From positions 47,599,337 through 47,653,683 of the forward strand of contig NC_068989.1 in NCBI RefSeq assembly GCF_001194135.2: DNA of 54,347 nucleotides, written 5' to 3'. Position 1 is the stretch's first letter. Every line of letters starts with the position of its first letter. The notes under the pieces were generated by a model. That model ran no database searches and was not told the DNA's origin. It saw only the letters and a list, made by a program, of their open reading frames with translations. The position numbers and the translations under genes were made by a program. The stretch is from Octopus bimaculoides (taxonomy: Eukaryota). Of this stretch, positions 12,741 through 25,452 are shown in pieces.

Positions 12741-13684
12741 TGGAACCCTAGGAGCAAGTGTCCTCTCCAATTCCTTCTTTCCGATTCACAGATCTACACT
12801 TAGAAAGAGACCAGCCAATCGTGCCATTTTTACAACTTTCAGCAACCTTTCAATAAATTCACTCGAGGACAGCACTTCCTTCTCCACTCTTAGTTTCCTT
12901 TTCAAGTGAAACTTGAAGAAGTCAATGAGAGCCTTACCAAAGAGGAATATATCTGTCCTCATGCCTTTCAGCCTTGTCCATCAAACAACCTCATTCGCCA
13001 TAGCCATCAGGCAAAGGAAAACTGTATTGCCTGACTGATTGAAGGAGGGCGGTGGTGCGTTTATCACTACAGACTCAGCCGACAGATGGATCCATCCTAC
13101 ATGTGACAGCAGCTTTTCAACGTAGCCCATAAGTCAGCAATGCCCGGACTCTGAATGAGGGCGTGCAGAATGGTTTCGTCACTCTGCAGGCGCCTCGGAC
13201 AAGACCGTCTGACAGCACATCTCTGCCTGTAGAGATTACCATGAACCGGTATCCCCCTCCACATTAGCACTGCCAGGCCAAGGACATCTGGAAATTATCC
13301 GTGATAGTTCCAGACCGGAAAGTCCTCCGGAACAGATTAGCCAGTTCGTTCGCATCGGCACCCAGAGTTTCCCCGAAAATGTCGTCCCACTTCCCTGCCA
13401 CTAATCTGCTATAAATTCCTAAAGCAGAACATCCACCGATCTCATTGCCCGACTAGTAGGGTGTTGTGAGCGCCTGACATTCTAGGTGCCAGACGCCCAG
13501 TCTCTGTCTTTTTGTCATCCAGCATTACAGCTCCGTCAACGAGACGATCTGCAGAAAGACGAGCCTCACAAATGGAGTCCACACGCGCTCACCGTCCATA
13601 AATCGTTGCGGGTGGCGTAACCTAAGAGCGTGTCTGCGCATTAGGAGTCACGGCACATCTTATCTGCCACTCAGAGGATGCTGG
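12741..13684 (-). mobile_element. Tx1/L1-clade LINE, 3' part of ORF2 (degenerate zinc-knuckle region, stop at 12786-12788)
   Basis: QHPLSG..LLMRRHALRLRH..F.DGERVWTPFVR; later CPR(C>R)LQSDETILHALIQ(C>S)PGIADLW; ends FFKFHLKRKLRVER...LSVDL*. Confidence 0.85.
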
Positions 13685-14693
13685 TGTTGCAGTAATAAGA
13701 CTTTAGCAGCAGCGGCTTCATGTTATAATTGTGTCAGTTGTGTTTTGTTTATAAATGTCTTACGCTTTTCCCTTGGTCTATTTTACTGTCCATACTTTGA
13801 TTCTAATCTTCGTGAAAAGTTTCTTTTCAATGGAGAAATGTTCTTAGAATAAGATTTATGGCAGTTATAAAAATCCTGATTTTTGGGAAATTATTTAGTG
13901 ACACTCGGCTTGCCACACGGGACCTCGTAACTCATTCTGGCAATGCTATTTTGCATTATTTATCCTTCATGACCTTGTGTCATGCTATTCTCAACCTTTT
14001 TAGTGTAGCTTTGAAGAACTAGCTAAGAAAATTTTACGTGTCGTCATTCTCGCGACAGATTCCTTTTAAAACATGTTTTTCTTCATTATATGTACTGCAA
14101 TTTTTCCTATCATTATTTATTGTATATATTTTTACTTTCTGTAAATAAATGATTGGTATTGAATCCAGTCCTTCTCTTAGTATTATCGGTACGAACTCTC
14201 ATCGTATGATTATAAGGAAAATGAATAAGATAAAGATGTATTTGCATACACCGTTATGAAGATATACTCGAGCCTTTGTCAACACGAAAAATACAGTCAA
14301 CCCAGTATGAAGAAACGAAATAACATTCTTAAAATAAGCATAACTTATTAAATTTACTTCCACAGATATTTTCTCCTTGCTATCAGAAACACATTTCCTT
14401 ATCCTATTGAAACTGTCTTATAACCTGCTAGTGAAATGTCAGTATCATCAGCATACATGCTGAACGCCGCTACGATTGTATATTACATCTAGCGTTCTGT
14501 TTATACCTCTAAACTTCTCCTAGCAACTAAATCATTAAGACACAGCGCGTTTTACTCATGCATGTACATATAAACGCGGCCTAACCTGAGGCTTATAATT
14601 AATGATATTTATATTTACAACAGCAAACAACAGTTATATTTGCTGACAACTATTACAAATCTGCAGTACCCCAACATCTCACGGCCTATTATA
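13685..14693. mobile_element. 1009-bp AT-rich insertion of unknown family inside the Tx1 ORF2, 4-bp TSD CTGG (possible solo LTR)
   Basis: CTGG at 13681-13684 and 14694-14697; removal restores ...SVCCQ|HPLSG... on the minus strand; insert begins TGTTG. Confidence 0.7.
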
Positions 14694-15865
14694 CTGGCAA
14701 CAGACTGACTACCTGACCACTGGAATGCGTCCCTTCCACAAGAATTTAAATAAGAGACGCTCCAACCTAGTGAAGAAGCAACCGAAACAAGGCACGACGG
14801 TCAGTCGATAACTGATAACAGGGACAATGTAAGCATTCGCCACCTCTATCCGACCTTTCAGAGACAGCTTTCTTTCAGCCCATTTCCGGCTAAGACTGGT
14901 CATCCTGTTCGCCACCTCGTCCCAGTTCTTATCAACCTGGAGGTCGGAATCAAACCAGACCCCGAGCACTTTAACTGATCCGTCGGTCCAGCATCCGACG
15001 ACGCCGTCCAATATCTTCGTTCTGCCACTCCAGGAGCCCAACCGCAAACCCACCGATTTGTCGGCGTTGATTTTAGTCCTTGTAACCGACCCATATTCCT
15101 TTATGATGGTTCTGAGCGTCTCTACTTCGGAGGCGTGTGACACCATGACGGTGGCGTCGTCCGCATATGCTGACACTGCCCTTGCTTGTCCCAGTTCGAA
15201 AGGGATGCCCCTTAGCTGTTCCAGCTCCCGCAACAGTGGCTCGAGTGCCAATATGCATAGAAGAGGTGACAGCGAGCAGCCCTGACGAACCGAGCGTGCG
15301 ATGCGAAACGGCTCCGATAGGTGACCGTTTACTTTGACCAGTGAACAGGTGCTGCTGTGAAAGCAGCGATCCAGCCTCTGAAAACGGGTCCGAAACTTCC
15401 TGTATTCAGGACGGCTTCCAAGTAGTAATGGTCGACTCTATCGAATGCTTTTGATTGATCCAAATTGATCTGAGCATCCCCGAAGCCAGCTGTGATCCTA
15501 TCCTTCTCTATGATGTATCGCATAAGGTGAAGGTTGTCGTGGATAGACCTGCTCTGGATTGCGAACTTTTGTGCTTCTCCAAACCAGACTACCGACGACA
15601 AGCGCCTCCCTTTCGCTAACATCTTGGTCAAAATGTTAAGCTCAGTCTTTAGCAGAGTTATGGGCCAAAAGTTCTCTAATACGTCCCCATTACCGGCGTC
15701 CTTTCTCAGCAGTGTCACCACACCTCTGCTAACAGCACTAGGAATTCTCCCATTCTGTTGCCAGTTGCGGTAGACGTCTGCCAAGAGATCGCCAAACAAA
15801 TCTGGCATGAATACATAGAATTTATAGGGCAGACCTTCCAAACTGGGCGATTTGTGACCGGTGTG
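14694..15865 (-). mobile_element. Tx1/L1-clade LINE reverse transcriptase domain, 5'-truncated and frameshifted
   Basis: KSPSLEGLPYKFY; PITLLKTELNIL; LDQSKAFDRVDH; RQGCSLSPLL..LALEPLL; YADD at 15156-15167; LSLKGRIEVAN. Confidence 0.95.
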
Positions 15866-16351
15866 TAAAACCAAAGCTAAAATTATAAAACCAAAGCTAA
15901 AATACATCAAAAGCGATGCTAGGAATATGTTATAGAACATTGCAATATAAGTCGAAAACAAAAACGCCATAAAGCACAACACGTGAGGCAGTTTCACTAG
16001 TTATTGGAATAACAATATTAATCACCTTCTTACATCTTCTAAAATATCTCTTCAGCATTCAGTCATATATTTTTTAAAACGTAAATTATATTGATGAAAT
16101 ACGAAATATTTAGAATAGCAACAAGATAAATGACAAATCTGAAGTTGTTTTGTCTGAAAGCTCCATACTTGAATATCAGACACAAAATTTAAAAAAAATA
16201 TCAGTTGAACTGAAATGAGAAATTTCAATAAATTTCCTTAGAAACATGACATAGAGTACTTATAGACAATATGAAATATTTACATGATGCTAGAAATCTA
16301 TTGCGTATAATGATATTTTACACAAAGTCTTATTAAATTACTCTTATTACA

Positions 16352-16376
16352 GTTATTATTATTATTATTATTATTA

Positions 16377-16423
<47 letters not shown>

Positions 16424-16465
16424 GATTGTTATCGTCGTCGTAATTTAGTTGGTGGTGGTGGTGTT
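16352..16465. repeat. (ATT)n with (CGT)/(GGT) tail
   Basis: Direct reading. Confidence 0.95.
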
Positions 16466-16860
16466 AGTGATTTTGGAAGTTATCTACGACGTGTTTCCAT
16501 GAATCTTCGCTTCAATTTGTTTTCCTCCAGGTCTACCTAAAGAGAGTATTGCTCAGAGCAAGGATATATTTGAATGTTTTTTCTTTACACACCAATGGAA
16601 GGGAATGTTCATTCTTGACGTATTTATTATTATTATTTATTTTTTTGTATAGAAATAGGTTGTAACTATTCCTTTTGGTTCTTTGTTTAGTAGTTCAAAG
16701 TGGCTGCCAATAGAATGGCTGAAAGTACTACTGCCCTGACAGGTCCTAGTAAAGTGTGTTACCCTTCGAAGATTTTGAAATGACGAAGACTGATTGGAGA
16801 ATGAGTGTGAATAGGGGTGACAAATAGGCTGACACATTCATAGCCCCCAAACAGGATCTG

Positions 16861-17560
16861 TGGGCCCTCATCATCTGACCGCTTCTCAGCTTAATCAAAG
16901 ATTTGTCCATCTGCTCATCATCGAAGAGTTGAATTGCTATCGAAACTTCTCTGAGTAGAATCGTCACAACTTTTGGAAATTAAGTTCTCTGTAATCATAT
17001 CCAACGAAAACAGCAATAGTTATTAGCCAATGATAAAGAAGAATCTATTCTCAAACCATGATTACAGCTGAAAAATGTTACGCTCTGTGTTCCGTGGGAT
17101 ATGAAGTGGGTCGTTTATCCTGAAAATGTTAAATCGAAATGAAACATTTAATGTGAAGAAGTATTGTTGTCAATTAGAAGCATCATCGCACAAACATTTG
17201 CGAAAAAAGTACCAGTCATTTGTTAATCATAACGGGACGTTAGATTAATACGAAATTGCAATAACATATACTGCACAAGTCACTCAGAAAAACGGTTATG
17301 GCGCCAAATATAAAAGTTTTGCCTCCTCCTCCTCCTGTTCCTCTTCCCCCTCCTTATTCTTCTGACCTTGCTTCATCTAACTATTATCTTTTCAAACCAT
17401 TGCAACACTATTTGGAGGGAAAATTGTTTGTTAATTGTGAACAGTTAAAAACAATGATATTCTCTATCTATCTAGGTCATCCGTCAAGACGCCCCACAAT
17501 GATATTGAGTACTTCTAGATGGGATTATATTATGAATAATAAGGAAAATTATTACTTTGA
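16861..17560 (+). mobile_element. Mariner (DD34D) transposase pseudogene
   Basis: WVPHEL-like W(V)PHHLT at 16861; SRIVTTFGN (IVTGDEK); TLCVPWDMK; ETFNV..YCCQL; PPYSSDLASSNYYLFKPLQHYLEGK (YSPDL motif); RWDYIMNN..YYFE. Confidence 0.92.
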
Positions 17561-17815
17561 ATATATATATAAAGATCAAAGACATATTTGTTTCTTTCAC
17601 ATCAAGAAATGCGACAGTACCTTGTTTCCAACCTAATAGTGAGTTACGGTTTACTCCCAAATTCTTTGACAGAGTGGCTAAGGATTCAATAATAATAGGC
17701 GCAATCATAACCTTGTGAATTTCTTTGATTCATGAAAAGAGAATTTCATACCTGAAGTTGATATAAAGATTTATGTTTTCTTTTTCCTTTATTTCTTGAC
17801 ACTGTTATCAAATAG

Positions 17816-17871
17816 ACATGAGACAGGTGAAACAATGGATCCATGAACTGATGGTGGACGCGTGCTGGCTG
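17816..17871 (+). other. Candidate 56-nt exon (MRQVKQWIHELMVDACWL), unverified
   Basis: Pyrimidine-rich tract then aatag| acceptor; perfect CTG|gtaagt donor; one open frame with ATG at 17818. Confidence 0.25.
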
Positions 17872-18567
17872 GTAAGTAAATCATTGACAACCATTGGAAT
17901 ATATTTCATTTTAATGTGGTCTATGGCGTTTGTGTGCGCGCGTGACACCATACTAGAAATATGTGGCGATCATTGTCTCTGTGTGAGTGTTGCTTGATCT
18001 CTGTACATTGTTAGAAATCGGTTGATAATGATAGATTTAACACTCTAATGGCCGGCATGATTTAAATGGTAGACTGGAGGATTGATTCTTAACATTTTAA
18101 ACAAAAAGGCCAATTTTTCAGAAACGGATCTTTATCAGAGAAATGATCCCAAATTGAGGAGATGGCTCCAACGATCCTATGAAACCAAAGTACAATCTAT
18201 TTTGAAACACTAGGTAAAGAATAATTATATATATATATATANNNNNNNNNNNNNNNNNNNNNNNNNNNNNNNNNNNNNNNNNNNNNNNNNNNNNNNNNNN
18301 NNNNNNNNNNNNNNNNNNNNNNNNNNNNNNNNNNNNNNNNNNNNNNNNNNNNNNNNNNNNNNNNNNNNNNNNNNNNNNNNNNNNNNNNNNNNNNNNNNNN
18401 NNNNNNNNNNNNNNNNNNNNNNNNNNNNNNNNNNNNNNNNNNNNNNNNNNNNNNNNNNNNNNNNNNNNNNNNNNNNNNNNNNNNNNNNNNNNNNNNNNNN
18501 NNNNNNNNNNNNNNNNNNNNNNNNNNNNNNNNNNNNNNNNNNNNNNNNNNNNNNNNNNNNNNNNNNN

Positions 18568-18606
<39 letters not shown>

Positions 18607-19947
18607 GCCTATTTACAAACCAACACCATTATGGAGCAAAAATGATATCCTGTAAGGCTTCTCAATTAAGTGAAATAGCTATAAACGGGCGCCTAAATTA
18701 CAAGATATGCCGTAAATTCTATTCACCTTGAATCGACATCTCTGTTCATCGCACACATCTTCCTATCACAGATTCGTATAAAGAAGCGCATAAAGCTGGT
18801 AGAAAGGCTATAGAAGAGAAAGATAATCATAACAGACACGACATTCAACGAGCGATATAAGGAAGTTCAATGACTTTAACTGGAAATTGAAACAGTATTT
18901 TGGTCACAGGAGATTATCACTATATAACAGAACTCAAACATCAAGATTAGTATTATAGGGAGATTTCTAAATTTACAGAGAAAGGTATGAGGGATATATC
19001 TTGGCCAAAAGATATATTAGCTTCAGTGAAAAGCAATGTCACTGTTCAGTCTCTCGGGAAAGATAAAAAATAACGTAAAAATTTATCTTAGCTGTCAAAG
19101 TTCCATATATCAAAACAATACACCGTTATTGTTATTTGTATAACGAATGTGTGTTTCCTTGAAGGTTGCACTTCTGAGATCAAACCCCAAAATAGGTCCA
19201 GATAAAGCTATTAAAAACCGCTCTCAATACAATCTTCCCCATAAGAAAGCTAGACATTCGCTCCTGTGAAAACAATATGGATTATCACCATTTCTAAGAT
19301 AACTCATTAAGATAACATCATGCAATTGACTGTTTTTGTTTCCATTTCTTATTACGAAATATAACTAAAATTGTACAAAAATATAGAGTGAATACAGATT
19401 GAATTCTATTTATTAAAATAAAATGTTATTTCCCAATAAAATGGTGGTGGGTTTTTTTTTCTTATTTAAAATTTGTGTATATCTTTGTTTATTTTCGTTT
19501 CGATTTATTAAGAAAATAGATAAAATAAAATGAAATAACAGAACGGTGTGACTCGTATCATTTATCAAGTAGAAATTCATAAGTTTAAGAATGGAAATTT
19601 ATTCCTCTCATTCCTAGACCGCTTATTGAAACTAAATTTCGTTTACATTTTTTCCTTTATTATATTTTTATTTTTGTATATTCTACTGTGTTTTGTTTTT
19701 CTTCTTTTAGTTTGTCTTTCTATTTTATCCTGTAAGAATACTTTTAACAACTACTCAAAAATAGCTGCGACATATAATCATTTGAGCTTATATTATAACG
19801 AACATCACGAAATAAGACAGAAATGAAGAGTCGTTTGTTTATAAGCAATAACCATATGATGTTTTCGGTAGAAGAAATGAGATCTTGTGACTTTAATGGT
19901 TTTTTACCATTATATATATATATATATATATATATTTATCATAAAAA

Positions 19948-19964
19948 TAATAATAATAACAATG

Positions 19965-20037
<73 letters not shown>

Positions 20038-20120
20038 GAAGAAGAAGAAGAAGAAGAAGAAGAAGAAGAAGAAGAAGAAGAAGAAGAAGAAGAAGAAGAA
20101 GAAGAAGAATTAATAATAAT
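19948..20120. repeat. Compound (ATA)n(AAG)n microsatellite
   Basis: Direct reading; source of the poly-N/K/R/I/L pseudo-ORFs. Confidence 0.98.
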
Positions 20121-20146
20121 ATAAATAAAATTTCAAAGTATGTGTG

Positions 20147-20177
<31 letters not shown>

Positions 20178-20213
20178 GAATGTATGTGAATGCATTTATA
20201 TACCTCTTTACCC

Positions 20214-20257
<44 letters not shown>

Positions 20258-20277
20258 GTTAACATATATATATATAG

Positions 20278-20317
<40 letters not shown>

Positions 20318-20717
20318 CTGTATGTATGTATGTATGTATGTATGTAAAGTAATGCTAGCGCTGTTCCTTAAATCTACATGATCATTTAGATGTCACTAAG
20401 CATTTACATTTTATGTAATATTTAAATAAATGTACGTTGCAGAAGTTCTGTAGATTCTGTAGTTTTTTTCTTTTCTTTTCTTTTCATTGCTAGTCAAAGA
20501 CTTTGAATGCCCGCACTCAAGCTGAACAAATGGACACCAATTCAAAATTTCAGTTTCTCGACTCATGTCAACAAAGAACACTTTTATAATGTGGATATCC
20601 TTTTAACATACAGATGCATTATTTCAGTTGATGTCTGTACATTGTGGATTCTTTGCTGGAGATGTTGATTCGACGGCGCATATCTGTGAACTTAAATCTA
20701 CCTCACAAGGGGACAGA

Positions 20718-21170
20718 CATTTTCTCTAGACATTGGATGCAATACTCTCTGTAAATCTTAATGTGACGTTTGTATTTTATCTTTTTCATGCTCATTAACC
20801 AGAAGATGAGCCTGCTCTCATTTATTGCCGATGCGATAATTGTCTAAAAAGACCCTCCGTCTGAATGTGTCAAAGGATACAGAGTCACGTCTCAGATAGC
20901 TTAGGACTTCTTCTTCTAGAGAGATGATACTGAGAATTGTACTGGCCTTGGTATCTGAATAGAGATTGTCTGATTAATTGTTACTGTTGTACCGAGTACA
21001 TGACAGACCCATTCTTTTATGAACCGGTATCAGCTGGCCGTGATGATGGCATGTAGGTCTTCAAAAGTGTGAACCACCAGTGTACATTTATCAGCATTCT
21101 GCAATTCTGATCCTAGCTTCGTGATGAGCTAAAAATTTCGGTTATTCAAAACGTTCACCGTGGAGTTCAA
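20718..21170 (-). mobile_element. RTE/BovB-like LINE, RT C-terminal half, degenerate
   Basis: ELQNADKCTLVVHTFEDL (ELQYADDCAL); FRYQGSTI; SLEEEVLSYLRRDSVSFDTFRRRVF; YKRHIKIYREYCIQCLEKM. Confidence 0.8.
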
Positions 21171-23171
21171 ATTTAAAGACACGGTCACCTCCCTTTTCAT
21201 CGTTGTGCATTTCAATGGGAAAATAAATACAAAGAAATTATAAAAGAGTATAGGTGCTAGCACGCAAACTGGTCTGAATTCATTTTGCACTGAAAGGTTC
21301 AAATGTCAGCCATCGTGTAACAGCTAGGGTCATAACTCTGTGGAACTGATTTGGTCCATTCACGAATATCAGTGGGCAACTAACATTTGTGAGACCCCGC
21401 TACACAGGTACCTTATTAGAAACAGGTCAAGAAATATAATAAACAATTCTTCATTGTGTTCCTTGCATTTCTTCTGAAGCTAACTTACAACAAAGATCAT
21501 GTCCTACTGATTTTCGGTTCCTGGGGATGACACGCTGTGACTCAGCTGTGTTGTTCCTTAATATTAATTGAACCAATTTTTATAAGCAGAACTTTAAATA
21601 AACACAATCGCCCATACATTGATATACATCTATGCGTACAGCAATACGCGTTAACAGAGGCATACAGTGACATCGACTCTCTCAAATACATGTGGTAACA
21701 CACGTACATACACACATACATACACACGCACAAACACGCGCACGAACACACACAAACACGCTCACACATCTCTTAAAATATGCTCATGCATCCAATAACT
21801 CAGACTTATTAACACTTTTTCACAAGTTTTGAATAACTCACATTCACGTATACATTAGCACGCATATACACATCCACGCACACACACACACACACACACA
21901 CTCTCTCTCTCTCTCTCTCTCTCTCTCATACACACTCTGCCTTTCTCTCTTACTCTCTCGCTCACACACACACACACACACACACACGTATACACAAGCA
22001 CACAAGCAATAGACGCACATCAGCAATCACATATACTGTGACACACATATACACAAACACACGCTTATATATATGTGTATATATATATATATATATATGT
22101 AACATATATATATGTATAATATANNNNNNNNNNTATATATATATTATATATATTATATATTATATATATATATATATATATAATAAAATGCACATACATC
22201 TTAACTCAGTCGTATACACAGTGTCAATCATACACTCATACATAAATTATCATACACGCAGTGACACATACATTAACACAGGAATACATTTTGACTGTCA
22301 CATACTCATGTATACATATATAGTAACACACACACACACACATACGCACACACATACACATTGTAACCATACAAACGAACTTTATTCCGTTAACACGTCG
22401 ATTGACCTAATTCGCAGAAGGAAAAAAAGAAAAAAAAAGAATAACCATAAAAATAAATGAATAAATAAATATTAGTCGACTAATTTTTCTGTCTGTCAAT
22501 TAAATGCTATGTTTTGGACAATGAAGAATACTGAAAAGAGAAGACACACATATGTGCAGAGATAATTTGATCGAATGAAACTGACAGACAAACAGACAGA
22601 CAGGCAGGCCAGAAGGCAAGCAAACAGGCAGACTTAGAGGCATCCATACATACATGCATATATATATATATATACATACATATGGACAGACACACAGATA
22701 GACGGATAGATGCTTGGAGACGAGAGTGTAATGTTTTCGTCAAAAATAATACATGACAGAAAGAAATAAAATAAATTCAGCAGGAATTTTTTTCGTGTCT
22801 CTTTTTGTGTACAAAATATTTTAATGAACTCTCTGTGTGTGTGCGTGTATGTGTGTGTATGTGTGGTAGATGTCAGCTGATTGGCATGTTGTTGAAGTAG
22901 ACCATGCGTGTGGCTTAGTCACTAAACTACCGAGTACAGAATACTATCTTAGTAGTATCCGGTCCAAATCCACCAGGTCTTCGGCTCTCAAATCCATTAC
23001 AGGCGCATGGATGTGTTACACAAATGTGACAAACGCTTTTTATTTCTTTTTTTTTTTCCTGTCCTCATTGAATACAGGTCATCCCTGATTGGACAGTGAA
23101 GTTGTTTCTTAAAAAAAACCTCCAACCATGAAAGCTTTGTCCATTTATTGAATATTATTATCGACATAAGT

Positions 23172-23536
23172 GGAGGCGCAATGGCCCATGGGTTAGGACA
23201 GCGGACTCGCGGTCGTAGGTTCGCGGTTTCGATTGTGATTGTTTATTGAGCGAAAACGCCTAAAGTTCCACGAGGCTCCGGCAGTAGACAGTGGTGAACC
23301 CTGTTGTACTCTTTCACCACAACTTTCTCATTCTTTCTTCCTATTTCTGTTGTATCTATATTTCAAAGGGCCAGCCTGGTCACACTGTGTTACGCTGAAT
23401 CTCCTCGAGAACTACATTAAGGGTACACGTATCTGTGGAGTGCTCAGCCACTTGTAGGTTAATTTCACGAGCTGGCTGTTCCGTTGATCGTATCAACTGG
23501 AACCCTCGTCGTCGTAAGCGACAGAGTGCCAACAAC
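23172..23536 (+). mobile_element. SINE family C, full length with small deletion after the B box, 13-bp TSD
   Basis: Head ggaggcgcaatggccc...; tail gagtgccaacaac; TSD attat(c/t)gacataa at 23157-23169 and 23537-23549. Confidence 0.95.
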
Positions 23537-23552
23537 ATTATTGACATAATGT

Positions 23553-23790
23553 GAAAGCGTGTGGCCTATACGCTAAGGTGTTGCACTTACGACCGGTTCC
23601 TGGACCACGTGGCGTTGTTTTGTTTAGTAAAGCACTTCATTCTACGTTGCTTTGCGATCACTTCGACACCTGATGTGTGGTACAACACCTGTTCAGGCAA
23701 TATCGTTTTGATGGAGGATGTGAACAAATGTGCAGCACAAATATTTCATCAGTATAAAGAGATCATTTGTGCAGATTGTTCAGCAAAAGC
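23553..23790 (+). mobile_element. tRNA-derived SINE family D, diverged
   Basis: A-box-like gtggcctatacgctaagg, gttcctggacc, and gcacttcattctacgttgct shared with the palindrome arms at 23816-24233. Confidence 0.65.
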
Positions 23791-23815
23791 TTTCAGAACC
23801 CTCCTTCTCGGACTG

Positions 23816-24233
23816 CGTGAGGAGACTATCATCATTATCAACGTCATCTGAGTGGCCTAGTGGTTTGGCTCGCAATCATAATACCGTGGGTTCAAATCCA
23901 GGTGTGGGTCGCGTGTTGTGTCTTTCAGTAAAGGCTTCATTTCACGTTGCTCAGGTCTACTCAACTCAACATGAGTACAAGTGGAGTGCTAGGACAGCAT
24001 TCTTTCTCTCCAACTATTACATCGCCGATGTGCCCCTAGAGAGAAAGAATGCTGTTCTAACACTCCACCGGTACTCATATTGGTTTGAGTAGACTTGAGT
24101 AACATGAAATGAAGTCCTTGCTAAAATGCACAATGCGCCGCCCAGACAAGGATTTGAACCCACGGCATTATGACTGTGAACCAAACCACTAGGCCACTCG
24201 GGTGACGCCGATAATGATGGTAGTCTTCTCACG
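23816..24233. repeat. Long inverted repeat, 195-bp arms, 28-nt loop, each arm containing a tRNA-like SINE head pointing inward
   Basis: 23816-24010 versus reverse complement of 24039-24233, about 80-85% identical; A box tggcctagtgg and B box ggttcaaatcc in both arms. Confidence 0.95.
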
Positions 24234-24318
24234 TAAAACAAGCAACAAAAGCATGGTGCATAAGGTGTACCATGTGACTTAGGATGTTTGCTTCAAACAC
24301 TTTAGTCATGTACTAGAC

Positions 24319-24659
24319 CATGGGTTCTCAACCATTTTTTTACCTATGGACCCCTTTTATTCTGGTCCTCCCCCCACACACACATTCGATGTTTCAAAAT
24401 TAGTATCATGTAAACTTCCTTCAAAATTCCTATGTTGTTTTTTAGACATTAACATGTATAGGTTGAATTATGTAAAAGGTTAGAGAAAGATACCCAGCTG
24501 TTTCTTGCAATACATACCAATACATACATCTAAAGCAACATTTTTTCAGGGGCCCTTAAAATACTATTGTGGATCCCCAATTTGCCATTTTGTTGCATGG
24601 ACCCCCAAAATCTTACATGGACCTTCAGGGACCATATGGATCCCGGTAGCGAATCACTG
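24319..24659 (+). mobile_element. hAT (Charlie-type) non-autonomous MITE, 341 bp
   Basis: TIRs catgggttctcaacc / ggtagcgaatcactg (consensus CAGTGGTTCTCAACC); 8-bp TSD tactagac (24311-24318) / taccagac (24660-24667). Confidence 0.88.
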
Positions 24660-25001
24660 TACCAGACGAAGGGTTTAACTTTCATCTGATAAATATGGGA
24701 GAAATCAGAAAAAGGAGAAAATCGAGGCACAATGTTTGTAAGTTACTTAACGCATTGAGTTCATATGTTTATGAAGTCGCCCTTACTTCCCTCGCTGCTT
24801 CGGCATAATCGATGAAATAAATATTCGTGCAGCAAATCGATTTAACCGAACCTCTTCTCTTCCATGCAACATGTTATTTTTACAGTATTGATAAAGGAAC
24901 CAAACGGTTTCTGGATAAAACATGGATAAAACGCTAAACGTTTTATTGGCTTATAAAATTCAAAGAGTATTTGTTTGCGTCGATATGTTTTGTTCCCTGC
25001 A

Positions 25002-25215
25002 GGCGGTGAGCTCGCAGAATCGTTAGCAAGCTGGACGAAATGCTTTGCAGTATTTCGCCCGTCGATACGTACTGAATTCAAATTTTGCTGAAGTCGACTT
25101 TGCCTTTCATCCTTTTGGGGTCGATAAATTAAGTACCAGTTACACACTAGGGTCGATTTAATCCATTAGTCCCCGCCTGCAAAATTCCAGGCCTTGTGCC
25201 TATAGTAGAAATGAT
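25002..25215 (+). mobile_element. SINE family A, full length
   Basis: ggcggtgagctcgcagaatcgttagc...gaattcaaatt...gtcgactttgcctttcatcc...ggggtcgataaattaagtaccagt...ggccttgtgcc. Confidence 0.92.
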
Positions 25216-25307
25216 ATGTTTGGCTACCTGTGAGGAGAGAAAAAGCTATAAAGTTTTGGCCCAAAGTATTCCGACCAAATTTATTGATAACACACAGTAG
25301 TACATCA

Positions 25308-25452
25308 GGCGCAGGAGTGGCTGTGGTAAGTAGCTTGCTTACCAACCACATGGTTTTGGGTTCAGTCCCACTGCATGGCACCTTGGGCAAGTGCCTTCTA
25401 CTATAGCCTCGAGCCGCAGTCAAATGACTGAAACAAATAAAGAGTAAAAGAG
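25308..25452 (+). mobile_element. SINE family B (CORE-like accttgggcaagt motif), internally deleted head-tail fusion
   Basis: Head ggcgcaggagtggctgtggtaag...gggttcagtccc...accttgggcaagt joined directly to tail gccgcagtcaaatgactgaaacaaataaaagag. Confidence 0.88.

Noticed and set aside
15866-15997. N-terminal hydrophobic part of ORF 15329-15997 as a membrane protein
   Set aside because: It is read-through into AT-rich flank beyond the 5' truncation point of the Tx1 element.
16531-16619. Strong acceptor ttttcctccag| with short open frames (also 18770 and 30178)
   Set aside because: Donors are weak or frames close; phases do not join the neighbouring candidates. Could be UTR exons but unsupported.
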